From: Silvanigrellaceae bacterium
Lineage (GTDB): Bacteria > Bdellovibrionota_B > Oligoflexia > Silvanigrellales > Silvanigrellaceae
Assembly (NCBI GenBank): GCA_049423385.1
Contig: JBMSQQ010000012.1
Span: 1-49,257 of the forward strand
Reading direction: 5' to 3'
DNA: 49,257 nucleotides
Shown here in pieces: positions 36,211-47,852 of the stretch (position 1 is its first letter; every line of letters begins with the position of its first letter). Under the pieces are notes generated by a model. It saw only the letters and a list, made by a program, of their open reading frames with translations, did no database searches and had not been told where the DNA came from. The translations under genes and the position numbers were made by a program.

Positions 36211-36909
36211 TCAGCGCACAAGATAAAGAAGTGGGAACAGGAAAATCCAGATCAAGTCGACGATGTGCCAGTAGAGGCCCACATTTTCGAGATAGACATG
36301 ATTTTCCGAGTTGAAGTCGCCGCGGTTGATGCGCACCAACAGCCACAACATGAGTCCCATACCGATGAGGACGTGCAGACCATGTGTGCCTGTCATTGTG
36401 AAGTAGATTGCAAAAAAGATTGCGGGTGCACCAGGAATGTTCGCAGGCTGGCCATTGTGCATGGCTTTTGCTGCATCAAAGAAGTGGCCGGGCAAAAGTC
36501 CATCGTGGAATTTGTGTGAATACTCGAAGTACTTCACGACCATGAATGCGCCGCCCAAAATCAAGGTCGCGAGGATGTTGTAAAACATCGCCGGCTTGCT
36601 GTTGATTTGCGCTCCACGCACGGCCAACGCCATGGTCAAGGAACTTGTGAGAAGGAAAATGGTGTTCAGTGCACCCAGCTTCCAATCCAGCAATTCATGG
36701 GCAGCCAGAAACGTCTCAGGATAGAAAATCCGCGCAAGGACGTAGGCCAGAAAAAGACCGCTGAAAAACAGGACTTCCTGACCGAGAAACAGCCACATGC
36801 CCAATTTGCCCGAGGCGTTCTGCTGCGCCATCGATTCAAAATGGTGGGCCAGATATTTCGGGTGGTGATGACCGGCCGTTGATGCGTGTGAAGATGATTG
36901 TTGAGTCAT
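36211..36909 (-). CDS. ctaE: Cytochrome c oxidase subunit III
   Basis: LGMWLFL..E..FF.GLF, NT..LL.SS, TGTHGLHV, GLYWH.VD.IWIFLFP. Confidence 0.95.
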   Translation of the reverse strand: MTQQSSSHASTAGHHHPKYLAHHFESMAQQNASGKLGMWLFLGQEVLFFSGLFLAYVLARIFYPETFLAAHELLDWKLGALNTIFLLTSSLTMALAVRGAQINSKPAMFYNILATLILGGAFMVVKYFEYSHKFHDGLLPGHFFDAAKAMHNGQPANIPGAPAIFFAIYFTMTGTHGLHVLIGMGLMLWLLVRINRGDFNSENHVYLENVGLYWHIVDLIWIFLFPLLYLVR

Positions 36910-36912
36910 GTT

Positions 36913-38601
36913 TCAGTGACCTCCGCCGGTTGCCATGGAATGGTCGATTTCCGGGAATTCATACGGGCCATGCTTGACCACGGGTTGAACATGGAAGTTG
37001 TGCTCGATTGGAGGAGAATCTGTCTCCCACTCAAGTGAGCGGCCACCCCAAGGATTTTTTGGCGCCTTCTCGCCATTGATGAGCGACTGGATCATGTAGC
37101 AAAGGGTGATGAAGAAGCCCAAGCCAAGCATGTAGGAACCAATCGTCGAGATCTGGTGTCCTGTTTGAAATTGATCGGTGATGTAGTTGGCGTAACGACG
37201 GGGCATTCCCCGGGTGCCAAGCAGGAACTGCGTGAAGAAGGTGATGTTGAAGCCGGTGAAGACAAAGAAGCAGCTCACCTTGCCCCAGAATTCGTTCAAC
37301 ATGCGACCCGTCATCTTTGGCCACCAGTGATGCAGGGCTCCAACAAACGCAGTCATCGTTCCGCCCATCATCACGTAATGGAAGTGGGCAATCACAAAAT
37401 AAGTGTCATGCAGATGGATGTCGACAGAAAGTGTTCCGAGAAAGAGTCCCGTCAGGCCACCGATGGTGAAGAGGAACAAGAATGCAAGCGCATACCACAT
37501 CGCTGAATTGAGCCGGATGGAACCGCCGTACATGGTTGCAACCCAGCTGAACACCTTGATTGCTGTAGGAACGGCAACGGCAAATGTCAGCACAGAAAAC
37601 ACAGCGGACGCCAGTTCAGACTGACCGCTTGTGAACATGTGGTGTCCCCAAACGAGAAATCCAATCACGGCAATGGCCACGCTCGACATCGCAATCGCCT
37701 TGTAGCCAAAGATCTGCTTGCGGCTGTTGATTGTGATGATTTCCGAGATGACTCCGAAACCTGGGAGGATCATGATGTAAACGGCTGGGTGCGAGTAGAA
37801 CCAGAAAAAGTGCTGGAAGAGAACCGGGTCGCCGCCGAGCTTGGGATCGAAGATTCCAACGCCCATGGTGCGCTCAATGGCCAGCAGCATAAGAGTGATT
37901 GCGAGAACGGGGGTTGCCAAAACCTGGATGAGCGAAGTTGCATATTGTGCCCAAACAAAAAGAGGCAAACGTGTCCAGGTGAGGCCAGGAGCTCGCATCT
38001 TGTGGATTGTCACAATGAAGTTCACACCGGTGAGAATCGACGAGAAGCCAAGAATAAACACGCCCATCACTGCTGAAACAACGGAAGTCGACGTTGTCGA
38101 AGAATAAGGAGTGTAGAACGTCCAGCCGGTGTCGATTCCGCCTGTGGCGATCGAGAACAACAGGAAAGCCCCGCCCAGGAGGTAAATATAGAAGCTCATC
38201 AGGTTGAGCTTGGGGAAAGCCACATCTTTTGCGCCCAACATGAGCGGCAAAAAGAAGTTGCCCAAGCTTGCGGGAATGGAGGGGATGATTACGAGAAAGA
38301 CCATCACCGCGCCATGGAGCGTAAAGAACTTATTGTATGTGTCTCCGCTGAACAGCCATTCTTCCTTGCCTGAAGCACCTTTGAAGATAGGCCCCAAGAG
38401 CTGGGTACGAACCAGCAGGGCAAAGATCCCGCCAACACCGAAAAAGGTGAGAACGCCGAAAAGATACATGAGTCCGAGACGCTTGTGGTCAACGGTGGTC
38501 ATCCAAGACCAGATGCCTTTATGGGCATTGATATAATTTGGCTCGGCACCTGCCGTGGCAGCGTGTGCCGACTGGGGAGCGTTGTTGCGGTTGCTTTCCA
38601 T
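36913..38601 (-). CDS. ctaD: Cytochrome c oxidase subunit I (A2 type)
   Basis: [19 protein letters not shown] (YS motif), [22 protein letters not shown]. Confidence 0.97.
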   Translation of the reverse strand: MESNRNNAPQSAHAATAGAEPNYINAHKGIWSWMTTVDHKRLGLMYLFGVLTFFGVGGIFALLVRTQLLGPIFKGASGKEEWLFSGDTYNKFFTLHGAVMVFLVIIPSIPASLGNFFLPLMLGAKDVAFPKLNLMSFYIYLLGGAFLLFSIATGGIDTGWTFYTPYSSTTSTSVVSAVMGVFILGFSSILTGVNFIVTIHKMRAPGLTWTRLPLFVWAQYATSLIQVLATPVLAITLMLLAIERTMGVGIFDPKLGGDPVLFQHFFWFYSHPAVYIMILPGFGVISEIITINSRKQIFGYKAIAMSSVAIAVIGFLVWGHHMFTSGQSELASAVFSVLTFAVAVPTAIKVFSWVATMYGGSIRLNSAMWYALAFLFLFTIGGLTGLFLGTLSVDIHLHDTYFVIAHFHYVMMGGTMTAFVGALHHWWPKMTGRMLNEFWGKVSCFFVFTGFNITFFTQFLLGTRGMPRRYANYITDQFQTGHQISTIGSYMLGLGFFITLCYMIQSLINGEKAPKNPWGGRSLEWETDSPPIEHNFHVQPVVKHGPYEFPEIDHSMATGGGH

Positions 38602-38612
38602 GGACCGACCTC

Positions 38613-39605
38613 TCACTTCAGTGTCTTGATGTATTCGATGATGGCTTCAATTTGCTTGTCGTTCAGCTGACCCTGGTAACTCGGCATCACGTTTGCGTAA
38701 CCGGCAACAACCTTGGCGCCTGGAACAAGAATTGATTCTCGAATGTAGTTTTCGTCTGCCGCTGCAATTTCTTTCCCGTCTGTGAACTTGTGTGGTTTTC
38801 CAACAAGTCCTTTCCAGCTGGGTCCGACTTTTTGACTGCCATCAACCGAGTGGCACGCCACACAGCCACGTGATTCATAGAGCTTTTGGCCTTTTTCAGC
38901 GAGCGGCACTGCCGAAGCACCACCTTCTTCGCCGCCATTGGCGATCCATTCTTCGTACTTGGCGCTGTCGAGGACCTTGACCTTCGAGAGCATATTTGAG
39001 TGCGAAGTACCGCAATACTCGGTGCAGTAGATTTGGTGAGTGGCTGCTTCACTGGGCTCAAACCAAAGAACCGTGTAGCGGCCCGGAACAACGTCGCGCT
39101 TGATGCGGAAGTCTGGGATGTAAAAACTGTGAAGAACGTCCGAGGAAGTCATCACCAGTTTCACGGGTTGGCCGGCAGGAACAACGAGGTCGGAAGAAAC
39201 AATGCCTTCTTTCGGATAGGTGAACGTCCAGTTCCATTTTTGACCCGTGACGCGCACTTCCATGGCGTTGTTTGGAACGACTGCAATCGCCAACCAGTCC
39301 TTGAAACCCCAAGCGAAGATAATCACGAGGAGAATTCCGGGAATCACACTCCAGATGATTTCAAGGGTGTGATTGCCTTTGATTGGGCTGGTTTTCTCGG
39401 GACCATTCCCCTTGCGGCGGAATTTCACCATGAAGTAAACCATTGCGCCGACAATCAGGACAAAGAAAAAGATACAAAGGTACATGATGAAGTTGAACAG
39501 GTTGTCCACCGCCACTGCATGTGAAGAAGCCTGGATGGGCTTCCACCATGAAGCGGTGTTTGCAGCCTGCGTCATCATATGTCCAAGAGCAAAGCCAAGG
39601 TTCAC
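38613..39605 (-). CDS. ctaC: Cytochrome c oxidase subunit II with fused cytochrome c (caa3 type)
   Basis: DVLHSF, CuA motif [13 protein letters not shown]-terminal CVACH...M. Confidence 0.96.
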   Translation of the reverse strand: MNLGFALGHMMTQAANTASWWKPIQASSHAVAVDNLFNFIMYLCIFFFVLIVGAMVYFMVKFRRKGNGPEKTSPIKGNHTLEIIWSVIPGILLVIIFAWGFKDWLAIAVVPNNAMEVRVTGQKWNWTFTYPKEGIVSSDLVVPAGQPVKLVMTSSDVLHSFYIPDFRIKRDVVPGRYTVLWFEPSEAATHQIYCTEYCGTSHSNMLSKVKVLDSAKYEEWIANGGEEGGASAVPLAEKGQKLYESRGCVACHSVDGSQKVGPSWKGLVGKPHKFTDGKEIAAADENYIRESILVPGAKVVAGYANVMPSYQGQLNDKQIEAIIEYIKTLK

Positions 39606-40516
39606 TGTGCGTACTCCTCGCGATGAAGCGCCTTTTCTCTACGAAAAAGGACAAAAACCAAAACCAAAAGAATGATGCTGAAAGAGAGTCCAGCCAAGCG
39701 CATCGAATTCATTGCGATTGGCGTGTATTTACCTGCGAGTTCATCATAATGAAAGCAGCGCAGGATAAGCTTTTCAAGAGTGGATCCAAGCTTTCCCTTG
39801 GACGCGTCGAGCAATGCAAATTTCAAATCACGCGGCGAATATTGCAAGCCATACAGGTATCGCGAAACCTTGAAATCGGGCGACAAAAAGAAAACTGCCG
39901 CACTGTGGGCGAATTGGTCTGATTCCTTGTCGTAGCGGTACTGGAATCCAACCGATTGCGTCATCGCATCGATTGACTTTTGTTCGCCAACGAGGAATTT
40001 CCAACCCGCACCCTCTCGCCCAAGACTCTTGAGATAGTTTTCTTGCTTGACTTGAGCGAGTTCCGGCGAGTTGCGCGTGTCGAAACTCACCGTGACCAGA
40101 TTGAAATCGCGACCCGGGAGGTAATCGAGCTTTTTGAGCCCATCGACCAATGCGTTCAATTGCAGGGAGCAAAGTGCGGTGCATTGGAAGTAATTGAGAG
40201 TCAAAAGGGTCGGAAGCGAGGGCTGAACGAATGAGTCGAAGCTCAAAGCGGGGCCGGTGGAAGATTGGCGAAAGAAAAGCTCCTTCACCGGTATCGTTGT
40301 TCCAAGCTTCTCAACAATCGTCACGTTTTCAAGCTTTTTGGGAGTCTGCAGATCGAGCCGCGAGGCATCCACTTTTTCGCTTTGTTCATTGCCATCGTTC
40401 GCGATCGCCACTCCCGAGAACTGCATGACAGCAACCACGGCAACACAAAGACCACGCTTGAGCCACGAGAGTGGCGCGGTGTTGTTTGTGATGTCTGAGG
40501 AAATCAATGCGAACAT
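39602..40516 (-). CDS. SCO1/SenC copper chaperone (start uncertain)
   Basis: YFQCTALC (CxxxC), FAHSA, C-terminal TM helix. Confidence 0.9.
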   Translation of the reverse strand: MFALISSDITNNTAPLSWLKRGLCVAVVAVMQFSGVAIANDGNEQSEKVDASRLDLQTPKKLENVTIVEKLGTTIPVKELFFRQSSTGPALSFDSFVQPSLPTLLTLNYFQCTALCSLQLNALVDGLKKLDYLPGRDFNLVTVSFDTRNSPELAQVKQENYLKSLGREGAGWKFLVGEQKSIDAMTQSVGFQYRYDKESDQFAHSAAVFFLSPDFKVSRYLYGLQYSPRDLKFALLDASKGKLGSTLEKLILRCFHYDELAGKYTPIAMNSMRLAGLSFSIILLVLVFVLFRREKALHREEYAQ

Positions 40517-40542
40517 CTCGGGACCCAATCCACAAATTCAGT

Positions 40543-40878
40543 TCAGTTGCCGTTTCTCTTGACGTAAATTTTCATGGCCTCGTCGATCGGCAATTGGTAC
40601 AAACCCTTTTGACCGTCAACTTGAGCGTAATTTTCAAGCACCTGTTTGTCTGCCTCGTTGATCGAGTTCAACAGTTTGTTGGGAACATCAAGTTCTGTCG
40701 CCTGGATGGCACTCGAACTCGTGAACCAATAAAGCTGACTCATTCCAATAAAGGTGCCAACCACGATAACGACAAGCGCAACCACGAACCAAGAAATACT
40801 CTTTACGGGAAGGTTGTCAGGCTCGATCGTCGTATGTCCAGCTGTCTGATGATGTTGATCAAGGGTTTTCTTTTCCAT
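40543..40878 (-). CDS. Small single-TM protein, ActG-like
   Basis: One TM, C-terminal Y..VD...G...LPIDEAM; position after actF. Confidence 0.65.
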   Translation of the reverse strand: MEKKTLDQHHQTAGHTTIEPDNLPVKSISWFVVALVVIVVGTFIGMSQLYWFTSSSAIQATELDVPNKLLNSINEADKQVLENYAQVDGQKGLYQLPIDEAMKIYVKRNGN

Positions 40879-40893
40879 TTTTTATCCCCAACG

Positions 40894-42126
40894 TCACATG
40901 TTTTCGAAAGCAAGCGATTCAGCCAGCCGTGGATCTTTTTGTGGCAAAAGGCTCTTGCGGCCCATCAGGAGGGCTGCCGTTCCGAGGAACAAGCCACCAA
41001 TGCCAATCAGGGTCAGGACATCGAAAAGTCCAAAAGTATTCAGCTCGCTGTTCCAGTTGGGCCGAATGAGCCAATGGATGTCGATGTAATGGATGACCAA
41101 CATCCATGCTGCTCCAAGGCCAATCAGCTTTGGATTGCGCTTGATGTGACGGGACATCAGGAACAGGAATGGAACTGCGAAATGTCCAACCATCAGGGCG
41201 ATTCCAAGAGGCAACCAATGTGAGCCGTGCTCGCCGAGACTGCGCATTGCATAGAATTCGGTTTCTTCGGGAATGTTGCCGTACCAGATGAGGAAGTATT
41301 GGGAAAAGGCGATGTAAGTCCAAAAAATGTTAAAGCCAAACAACAGCTTTCCGAGGTCATGGATGTGTTCGATGGAGACATAGTTGCCCATCTTGGAACC
41401 ACCGCGAACCGACAGCGTCGTGAGCAGCATGAGGGCATAAACCGACATGATGCAGCCGGCGAAGTAGTAGACTCCGAACATTGTCGTTGCAAAGTGTGGG
41501 TTGAGTGACATGATCCAGTCGAATGAGCAGAAGGTCACGCTCAAGGCAAACAGGGCAATCCCGGGATAGCTGGCCTTTTGCAGTTTGAATGTGATGCTCC
41601 TGTCGCCGGAGTCGTCCTGTCGCACGGAATTGCGGTAGTAATAAAGACCAAGAACACTCCACAGGACCACGTAGATGATTCCGCGGGTGGTGAAAAACTG
41701 CTCATTCAGGAATGCCGACTTGGCCTGGATGACGGGATCAGACTTGGCTTCGTCGGAAGTCCAATGGTGAAAGAGGCTGTGGAAGCCAAACAGCATTGGA
41801 ATAAACAGCACCGCAAACAGAGGCAAAGTTGCGGCATATGTTTCGGCAAACCGTCGCACCACAACCGACCATCCGGCGCGGGTCGCGAACTGTACCAAAA
41901 CGAAAAAAAGACAACCGAGCGCGAGGCTCAAGAAATACATATAAGAGGTGTGGAATGACCACTGGAGGGCTTCAACCTTCTCGTGGCTGCCCAAGGCCAT
42001 CGCAAGCGCGGCAATCAGGGAGATGATGCCCAAAGCAATTCCAACCGCTGGAACCTTTTTGAGCCAGTGCGTGTTTGGAAGTACGACTTCGCTTGGAGAT
42101 ACTGTCTTGGCGTGGTTTGAACTCAT
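40894..42126 (-). CDS. actF: Alternative complex III membrane subunit F
   Basis: AGWSVVVRR..E, DWIMSL.PH, HDLGKLLF.F..FWTY..FSQ..LIWYGNIPEE. Confidence 0.92.
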   Translation of the reverse strand: MSSNHAKTVSPSEVVLPNTHWLKKVPAVGIALGIISLIAALAMALGSHEKVEALQWSFHTSYMYFLSLALGCLFFVLVQFATRAGWSVVVRRFAETYAATLPLFAVLFIPMLFGFHSLFHHWTSDEAKSDPVIQAKSAFLNEQFFTTRGIIYVVLWSVLGLYYYRNSVRQDDSGDRSITFKLQKASYPGIALFALSVTFCSFDWIMSLNPHFATTMFGVYYFAGCIMSVYALMLLTTLSVRGGSKMGNYVSIEHIHDLGKLLFGFNIFWTYIAFSQYFLIWYGNIPEETEFYAMRSLGEHGSHWLPLGIALMVGHFAVPFLFLMSRHIKRNPKLIGLGAAWMLVIHYIDIHWLIRPNWNSELNTFGLFDVLTLIGIGGLFLGTAALLMGRKSLLPQKDPRLAESLAFENM

Positions 42127-42767
42127 CGCTTCCATCCTTTCGCAGCAGCAATGTCAGAGGGAACGTCGTCGAGTGAGCCTCGACGGCTCAGCTGAAGTGC
42201 CTGCACGTAGGCAACGATAGCCCAACGGTCCGAAACGGGGATTGCATAGGAGTACGAGGGCATGTTTCCGCGTACGCCGTTTAAGATGGAATCGTAGATT
42301 TGCCCCGCGGGCATGCTCACAAGACGGTCTTCATGAAAGCTCGGTGGCTTCAACATTCCGGCATTGCGCTGGATGACGATTCCGTTCGCAGCTCCGGTTT
42401 TGCCATGGCACACTGAGCAATAGATGTTGTAACGTTCTTGTCCGCGTTCAACAAATGCTGGAGTGATGCGCATTGGGATTTTACTCACAAATGCATCGCC
42501 GTTCTTGCCCAAATGAAGAGCCTTGTCTTCCTTGAGTTGACCTATTGCCACCGTGCCCGCGACAGGTTCGCGCATGGCCCGACCATCCTCAAAGAACTCG
42601 TTCTTTTTCTGCGGGCGATACTTGGTTTGAAAGTCCATGTTCAAGTTCGGATGGATTGGAGGGTCCTCGAAAGGTTGTCCCTGGCATCCCGTCAGCGAAG
42701 CCGTCGCCAACACTGCACCAACCGCGCAGATCATAGACGCAAAATTTGCAGAGTTCTTCAATTTCAT
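42123..42767 (-). CDS. actE: Alternative complex III monoheme cytochrome c lipoprotein subunit E
   Basis: LTG-C lipobox, NMD.Q.K, FF.DGRAMR.PV.GTV, CSVCH, MPSY...DRWAIV.Y. Confidence 0.92.
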   Translation of the reverse strand: MKLKNSANFASMICAVGAVLATASLTGCQGQPFEDPPIHPNLNMDFQTKYRPQKKNEFFEDGRAMREPVAGTVAIGQLKEDKALHLGKNGDAFVSKIPMRITPAFVERGQERYNIYCSVCHGKTGAANGIVIQRNAGMLKPPSFHEDRLVSMPAGQIYDSILNGVRGNMPSYSYAIPVSDRWAIVAYVQALQLSRRGSLDDVPSDIAAAKGWKR

Positions 42768-43303
42768 TGTTCCACCAGCTCCACATGAGTTGCGCCAAGT
42801 TCGGTCAGCATCTTGGATGTTGCCGCAGGGTCGAATTTTGGGTCGCATGCTTCGATAGAAATAAAGAATTTGTCGTCGGTGACTTTTTCAAACCGCGCCG
42901 ATCGGAACAGCGAGTGATACCACATGGGCAATCGGTTGATGAAAAGCATTCCAAAAACAGCACCGAACGCACCCAGGAGAACTCCCAGCTCGAACGTGAC
43001 TGGAACAAAAGCCTGCCAACTGAAAAAAGGTTTTGCCGAAATCGGCAAAGGATATGCTTGCGTATTGATCCACCACTGGAGAGTCATACCGCCAGCTGCA
43101 CCAGAAAGACCCATCACAAGGACGATCCATGGAACGATGCTGGCCTTGAGACCCATGGCTTTTTCAAGACCATGTACAGGAAAAGGAGTGTGAGCGTCCC
43201 AGTTCTTGAAGCCCTTGTCGCGCACTTTTTCGCATGCCTGATAGATCGCTGCGGCGGTCGGGAATTCTGCAAGCACTCCGTAGAGATTCTGCTTCTGGCT
43301 CAT
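42764..43303 (-). CDS. actD: Alternative complex III subunit D (DUF3341)
   Basis: D.HTPFPVHGL, AYP...KP......AF.PVTFEL. Confidence 0.92.
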   Translation of the reverse strand: MSQKQNLYGVLAEFPTAAAIYQACEKVRDKGFKNWDAHTPFPVHGLEKAMGLKASIVPWIVLVMGLSGAAGGMTLQWWINTQAYPLPISAKPFFSWQAFVPVTFELGVLLGAFGAVFGMLFINRLPMWYHSLFRSARFEKVTDDKFFISIEACDPKFDPAATSKMLTELGATHVELVEQ

Positions 43304-44715
43304 CAGTGTGCTCCTCCTTTTGCAGGTTGGTGACCGTGGCCGTGCGGATCTGCTTCCGGCATAACCGTTTTCACTTCAGCGATGGCAACGATCGGAAGGA
43401 AGCGAACGAACAGGCAGAAGAGCGTGAAGAACAGACCGAACGAACCAATGAACGTCGAAATGTCGATGATGGTTGGCTTGAAGTACGCCCATGACGAAGG
43501 CAGGAAGGTTCTGTGCAAGGATGTCACGATAATCACAAAGCGCTCGAACCACATACCGATGTTCACGAAAACCGAGATGATGAACAGAGCCCAGAGGTTT
43601 GTGCGAACCTTGCGAACCCAGAACAGCTGCGGAATGATCACGTTGCAGCTCACCATTGTCCAGTATGCCCAAGCGTAAGGACCCGTGGCTCGGCTGATGA
43701 AGATGTAGCGCTCGTAGGGGTTGCCGCTGTACCACGCGATAAAGAATTCCATCGCGTACGCGTAGCCCACAATGGAGCCTGTCAGAAGAATGATCTTCGC
43801 CATGTTTTCGAAGTGACGCATGGTCACGAGATGTTCAAGCTTGAACACCCAGCGGCAGATGATCATCAGGTTGATCACCATAGCGAAGCCCGAGAAGATC
43901 GCGCCGGCAACGAAGTAGGGAGGGAAGATTGTCGCATGCCAGCCAGGCAACTGCGAGGTTGCGAAGTCGAAACTCACGATGGTGTGAACCGAAAGAACCA
44001 GGGGAGTCGAGAGGGCAGCAAGAATCAGATACGCGCGCTCATAGTTGAGCCAGTGGCGGTGTGAGCCACGCCAACCCATTGCGAAAATTCCGTAAACGAA
44101 TTTGCGAATGCCCTTGGAGCGGTCGCGGAATGTTGCGAGGTCGGGAATCAGACCCACGAACCAGAACAGGGTCGACACCGTGAAGTAGGTCGAAACAGCA
44201 AACACGTCCCAAAGCAGTGGGCTGCGGAAGTTTGGCCACATTGCCATTTGGTTTGGAATCGGGAAAAGCCAGTAGGCAACCCAAACACGACCCACGTGAA
44301 TGCCGGGGAAAATGAGTGCGCAGATCACCGCAAAAATCGTCATCGCTTCGGCGGCGCGGTTGATCGACGTACGCCATTTTTGACGGAAGAGGAAAAGGAT
44401 GGCGGAAATCAGTGTTCCGGCATGGCCGATACCAACCCAGAAGACGAAGTTGGTGATGTCCCAGGCCCAACCGACACGGTTGTTGAGACCCCAAACACCA
44501 ACGCCTTCCCAAAACAGGTAGGCAATGGAGCCACCCAGAACACCCAGGCAGGACAAAGCAACAAGAAAGCAGATCCACCAGCCCTTGGGGGTTTTCATTT
44601 CCATGGGTTGGGCGACCATGTTGGTCACCGAGGCAAACGTTTCACGACCCAATACGAGCGGTGAGCGCTTGTCTACGTGTTCTTCCAGATTCGCAAGTGT
44701 GACAGATGTTTCCAT
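43303..44715 (-). CDS. actC: Alternative complex III quinol-binding subunit C (NrfD family)
   Basis: [58 protein letters not shown]. Confidence 0.95.
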   Translation of the reverse strand: METSVTLANLEEHVDKRSPLVLGRETFASVTNMVAQPMEMKTPKGWWICFLVALSCLGVLGGSIAYLFWEGVGVWGLNNRVGWAWDITNFVFWVGIGHAGTLISAILFLFRQKWRTSINRAAEAMTIFAVICALIFPGIHVGRVWVAYWLFPIPNQMAMWPNFRSPLLWDVFAVSTYFTVSTLFWFVGLIPDLATFRDRSKGIRKFVYGIFAMGWRGSHRHWLNYERAYLILAALSTPLVLSVHTIVSFDFATSQLPGWHATIFPPYFVAGAIFSGFAMVINLMIICRWVFKLEHLVTMRHFENMAKIILLTGSIVGYAYAMEFFIAWYSGNPYERYIFISRATGPYAWAYWTMVSCNVIIPQLFWVRKVRTNLWALFIISVFVNIGMWFERFVIIVTSLHRTFLPSSWAYFKPTIIDISTFIGSFGLFFTLFCLFVRFLPIVAIAEVKTVMPEADPHGHGHQPAKGGAH

Positions 44716-44728
44716 TTGCGTTCACCAC

Positions 44729-47700
44729 TCAGAGATTAGTTGAAGGTTCGAGTTCAGGATTCGTGTTTCGCACCTTGGCAAGGAAGGTCGTGCGCGGTTC
44801 CAGCGCGAGCTCGGAGAGCACCGCGTAGTTCCTTGGCGAGGCCTTCATCTTCGAGACCCGGCTGTCGGGATCGTTGATGTTGCCAAACGTGATCGCGTCG
44901 GTCGGACAAACTTGTTGGCAAGCCGTGACCACCGCTCCATCTGCAATGACTTCTTCACCACGCAGCTTGCTTTCGATGCGGGCGGAGTTCACGCGTTGGA
45001 TACAGTATGTGCATTTTTCAATGACACCGCGGAAACGAACCGTGACGCGTGGGTTCTTTTGCATCGCGTAGAGTGGGTTCTGCTCGTCGTTTTCCTTGGC
45101 GTAGTTGAAGTAGTTGAAACGACGAACCTTGTATGGGCAGTTGTTTGCACAGTAACGGGTTCCAATGCAGCGGTTGTAGGCAATGTCGTTTGTGCCTTCC
45201 GAGCCGTGAACGGTTGCCGCAACAGGACAAACCTGCTCACAAGGAGCCGTTTCGCAGTGGGCACATGCCAAAGGCTGGAACACTGCTTGAATGGAGTCTG
45301 GATTGTCGACGTTGCCTGCGAAGTAACGGTCGATTCGGATCCAGTGCATTTCACGGCTCTTCAGAACGCGCTTCTTGCCCACCACAGAAATATTGTTCTC
45401 TGCCTGGCAGGCTGCTGTACAGGCGTTGCAGCCTGTGCACGAGTTCAAGTCGATCGTCATGCCCCATTGATTGCCGCGCGTTTCAATCGTCTTGGTCCAC
45501 AGAAGCGTGCGGTGGTTCTTCGGGTCGCCAATGTTGTATTTGCCGAACGCTTTCTCAAGAGCAGCGTCGCTGGTGGCCGTTGCAAGAGTGAGCTCGCGGA
45601 AGACACCACGATTCTTGATGGCTTCAGCACCCACCTTGGTGTCGTATTCGTAATCCGAGACTCCATGCTCCTGAGTCGTGGCGAGTTGGTACATTCCACC
45701 CGCCAAATTAATTTCGGCGCCCAGCGCAAACATGTCTTCGCGACCCAGCAGCGTGTAGCCGTTGAAGCCCGTGTCCTTGGAAACTTTTCCTTCAAAGCCT
45801 GTGCGTCCGTATCCGAGCTGAACAACAACCGTGTTTTCAGCGATGCCAGGAACGACAAAGGCAGCAATCTTCAGCTGACGTTCTTTTTCGCCCTTGACTT
45901 TGATTTGAACGAAGTCGCCCGTCTTGATGCCTTTTTCCCTGGCTGTTTTGGGGCCGAGGAGTGCTGCGTTGTCCCAGGTGAGTTTCGTGATTGAGTCGGG
46001 AAGCTCCTGAAGCCACGCGTTGTTGGCATAGCGTCCGTCATAGAGGCTGCGGTCAAGTGTGAGCAGCAGTTCGAGCTGGGAACTGGTGGGTGCTGGCGAA
46101 GTTCCAACGCCAACCAAACGCTGTCCCAGTGATGCGAAATCTGGCTTGTTGTTCAGAGTCTCGCCCACAGGTGTCTTGATGACGCCATCGTGCAGCCAAC
46201 GTCTCCATGCTGAAGCAAAGTCAGCTCCAGCAACGGATTTCCATTGGTTTTGAACCAGTTCATATCCGTTCGCCGTCTTGCCAAGAAGTCCAGCAAGGAA
46301 AGTTGCTTCAGAGAACGACGGGAAGAGAGGTTCAATGAGCGGTTGGACGATGGCGGCAGTGCCGTCGGATCCAACGAGGTCGCCCCAGCTTTCGAGGAAG
46401 TGGCTGCGTGGGAAGTGCCATGTCGAGGCCAGCGCTGTTTCGTCTACGTGGTAGCCCAGGTGGATGCTGGTTTGGACTTTCTTGAGTGCTGCTGCGAAAT
46501 CGAGATCGGCTGACGACGTGTAAACAGGGTTCACGTCGATCATGACCAGAGCCTGGATTGCACCGCGATTGATTTCAGAGGTCAATTCGGAAAGTGTTTT
46601 CGCTGCAGGAACAACACTGGTGCGCACAACGACGCTTTCGCCAACATTGCCGAGGGCGGAGTTGAGCATGAATGCCAGCGAGTGAATCCATGACTTTTGA
46701 TGATTTCCAACAAGCAAAAGGCTCTTGCTCTTGTTCATCATGAGATCGTTGGCGAGTGCCTTGATCCATTTTGGATTCGGATTTGCAGCTTGTTTGCCGC
46801 GCGCGACGATTTCAGCAGGAAGAGACAATCCTGCCGCAGAAAGTTCTGCAGCCAAAGCCAGCAGGCATTCGCCAATGGCAGATGCACGCAGACTCAAACG
46901 GTGGTCGGCGACCGCGCCTGTGAGGGTGTAGGCAGGCTCGATCGCGTAAAGTCGTGACATTGTTTTTTTGTCGTCGACGCTACGGCGCTTGGCTGCAAAC
47001 ATCTTCGAGTTGCGAACGACGTCGCCTTCGATTCCGAGCGGGTCTGCATCGAAAGCAACTACAACATTTGCTTCTTCGAAACGGTTCTGGATGTGCGCAT
47101 TCTTGAAACCAAGAGTATCCAGGGCTGAAGACTCCTGCCAGCGCATTGCAGGATCGTGGATCGCGATGGTTGTCTTTGGATAAGCAGCTTGGAATTCGCG
47201 AACCAAACCCAAAAGTGTTGGCGATGGCACTGCTTCCATCAGGATGGCTGCGCCCTGACCGGCAGAGGCTTTGAGATCGGTGGCGGCGTTTGCCAGAGCC
47301 TCTTTGAGGCTCTTGGTTGTTGTACGTCCAGAACCCACTTTTTGTCCGGCCTTTAGAGCATTCTGGCTTCTGTCCGGATCATAAACGTCAAGAACGGACG
47401 CCTGTGCGAAAGAGTTGGTTGCGCCAAGGCTCAAGGGGTGCGTTGGGTTTCCGTCGATCTTGGTTGGGCGGCCTTCGTAGCTGGTTGCCAACAGTCCGAG
47501 AACTGAACCACCAAAGCGACCAACGGTCGCGTAGTATTGGGGTTTGCCTTCAACCAGATCTTCTGGACGCTTGTTGTAGGGCAGAATTTTTTCCGAAGGT
47601 TTGCGGATGCAACCGGGTGTTGCAGTGAGTCCTGCAAACGCAGCCGACGCTCCGATGATTCCCAAAAATCTCCGGCGGTCTACGCCTGGTGTGACTTCCA

Positions 47701-47824
47701 GTTCGGCAGCGCCGGTAGGAAATTCATTTTTCATGCGGGCAAGGAGTTCAGGCGATTCAGCCATTTCCTCGAGGCTTCGCCAATATTTTTTACCGCTTTT
47801 TTCCTGATTGTTTTCAGACTGCAT
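44729..47824 (-). CDS. actB: Alternative complex III subunit B (molybdopterin-fold plus Fe-S domains)
   Basis: YWRSLEE, DRRRFL Tat motif with PG-C, GRPTKIDGNP.HP; CTGCNACTAAC, CAHCETAPCEQVCP, CIGTRYCANNCP, KCTYC. Confidence 0.95.
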   Translation of the reverse strand: MQSENNQEKSGKKYWRSLEEMAESPELLARMKNEFPTGAAELEVTPGVDRRRFLGIIGASAAFAGLTATPGCIRKPSEKILPYNKRPEDLVEGKPQYYATVGRFGGSVLGLLATSYEGRPTKIDGNPTHPLSLGATNSFAQASVLDVYDPDRSQNALKAGQKVGSGRTTTKSLKEALANAATDLKASAGQGAAILMEAVPSPTLLGLVREFQAAYPKTTIAIHDPAMRWQESSALDTLGFKNAHIQNRFEEANVVVAFDADPLGIEGDVVRNSKMFAAKRRSVDDKKTMSRLYAIEPAYTLTGAVADHRLSLRASAIGECLLALAAELSAAGLSLPAEIVARGKQAANPNPKWIKALANDLMMNKSKSLLLVGNHQKSWIHSLAFMLNSALGNVGESVVVRTSVVPAAKTLSELTSEINRGAIQALVMIDVNPVYTSSADLDFAAALKKVQTSIHLGYHVDETALASTWHFPRSHFLESWGDLVGSDGTAAIVQPLIEPLFPSFSEATFLAGLLGKTANGYELVQNQWKSVAGADFASAWRRWLHDGVIKTPVGETLNNKPDFASLGQRLVGVGTSPAPTSSQLELLLTLDRSLYDGRYANNAWLQELPDSITKLTWDNAALLGPKTAREKGIKTGDFVQIKVKGEKERQLKIAAFVVPGIAENTVVVQLGYGRTGFEGKVSKDTGFNGYTLLGREDMFALGAEINLAGGMYQLATTQEHGVSDYEYDTKVGAEAIKNRGVFRELTLATATSDAALEKAFGKYNIGDPKNHRTLLWTKTIETRGNQWGMTIDLNSCTGCNACTAACQAENNISVVGKKRVLKSREMHWIRIDRYFAGNVDNPDSIQAVFQPLACAHCETAPCEQVCPVAATVHGSEGTNDIAYNRCIGTRYCANNCPYKVRRFNYFNYAKENDEQNPLYAMQKNPRVTVRFRGVIEKCTYCIQRVNSARIESKLRGEEVIADGAVVTACQQVCPTDAITFGNINDPDSRVSKMKASPRNYAVLSELALEPRTTFLAKVRNTNPELEPSTNL

Positions 47825-47852
47825 ATGCGCATTCCCCAGGTTCAGTTCTTTT

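Noticed and set aside
44912..45994. 360-aa plus-strand ORF
   Set aside because: Antisense shadow of actB
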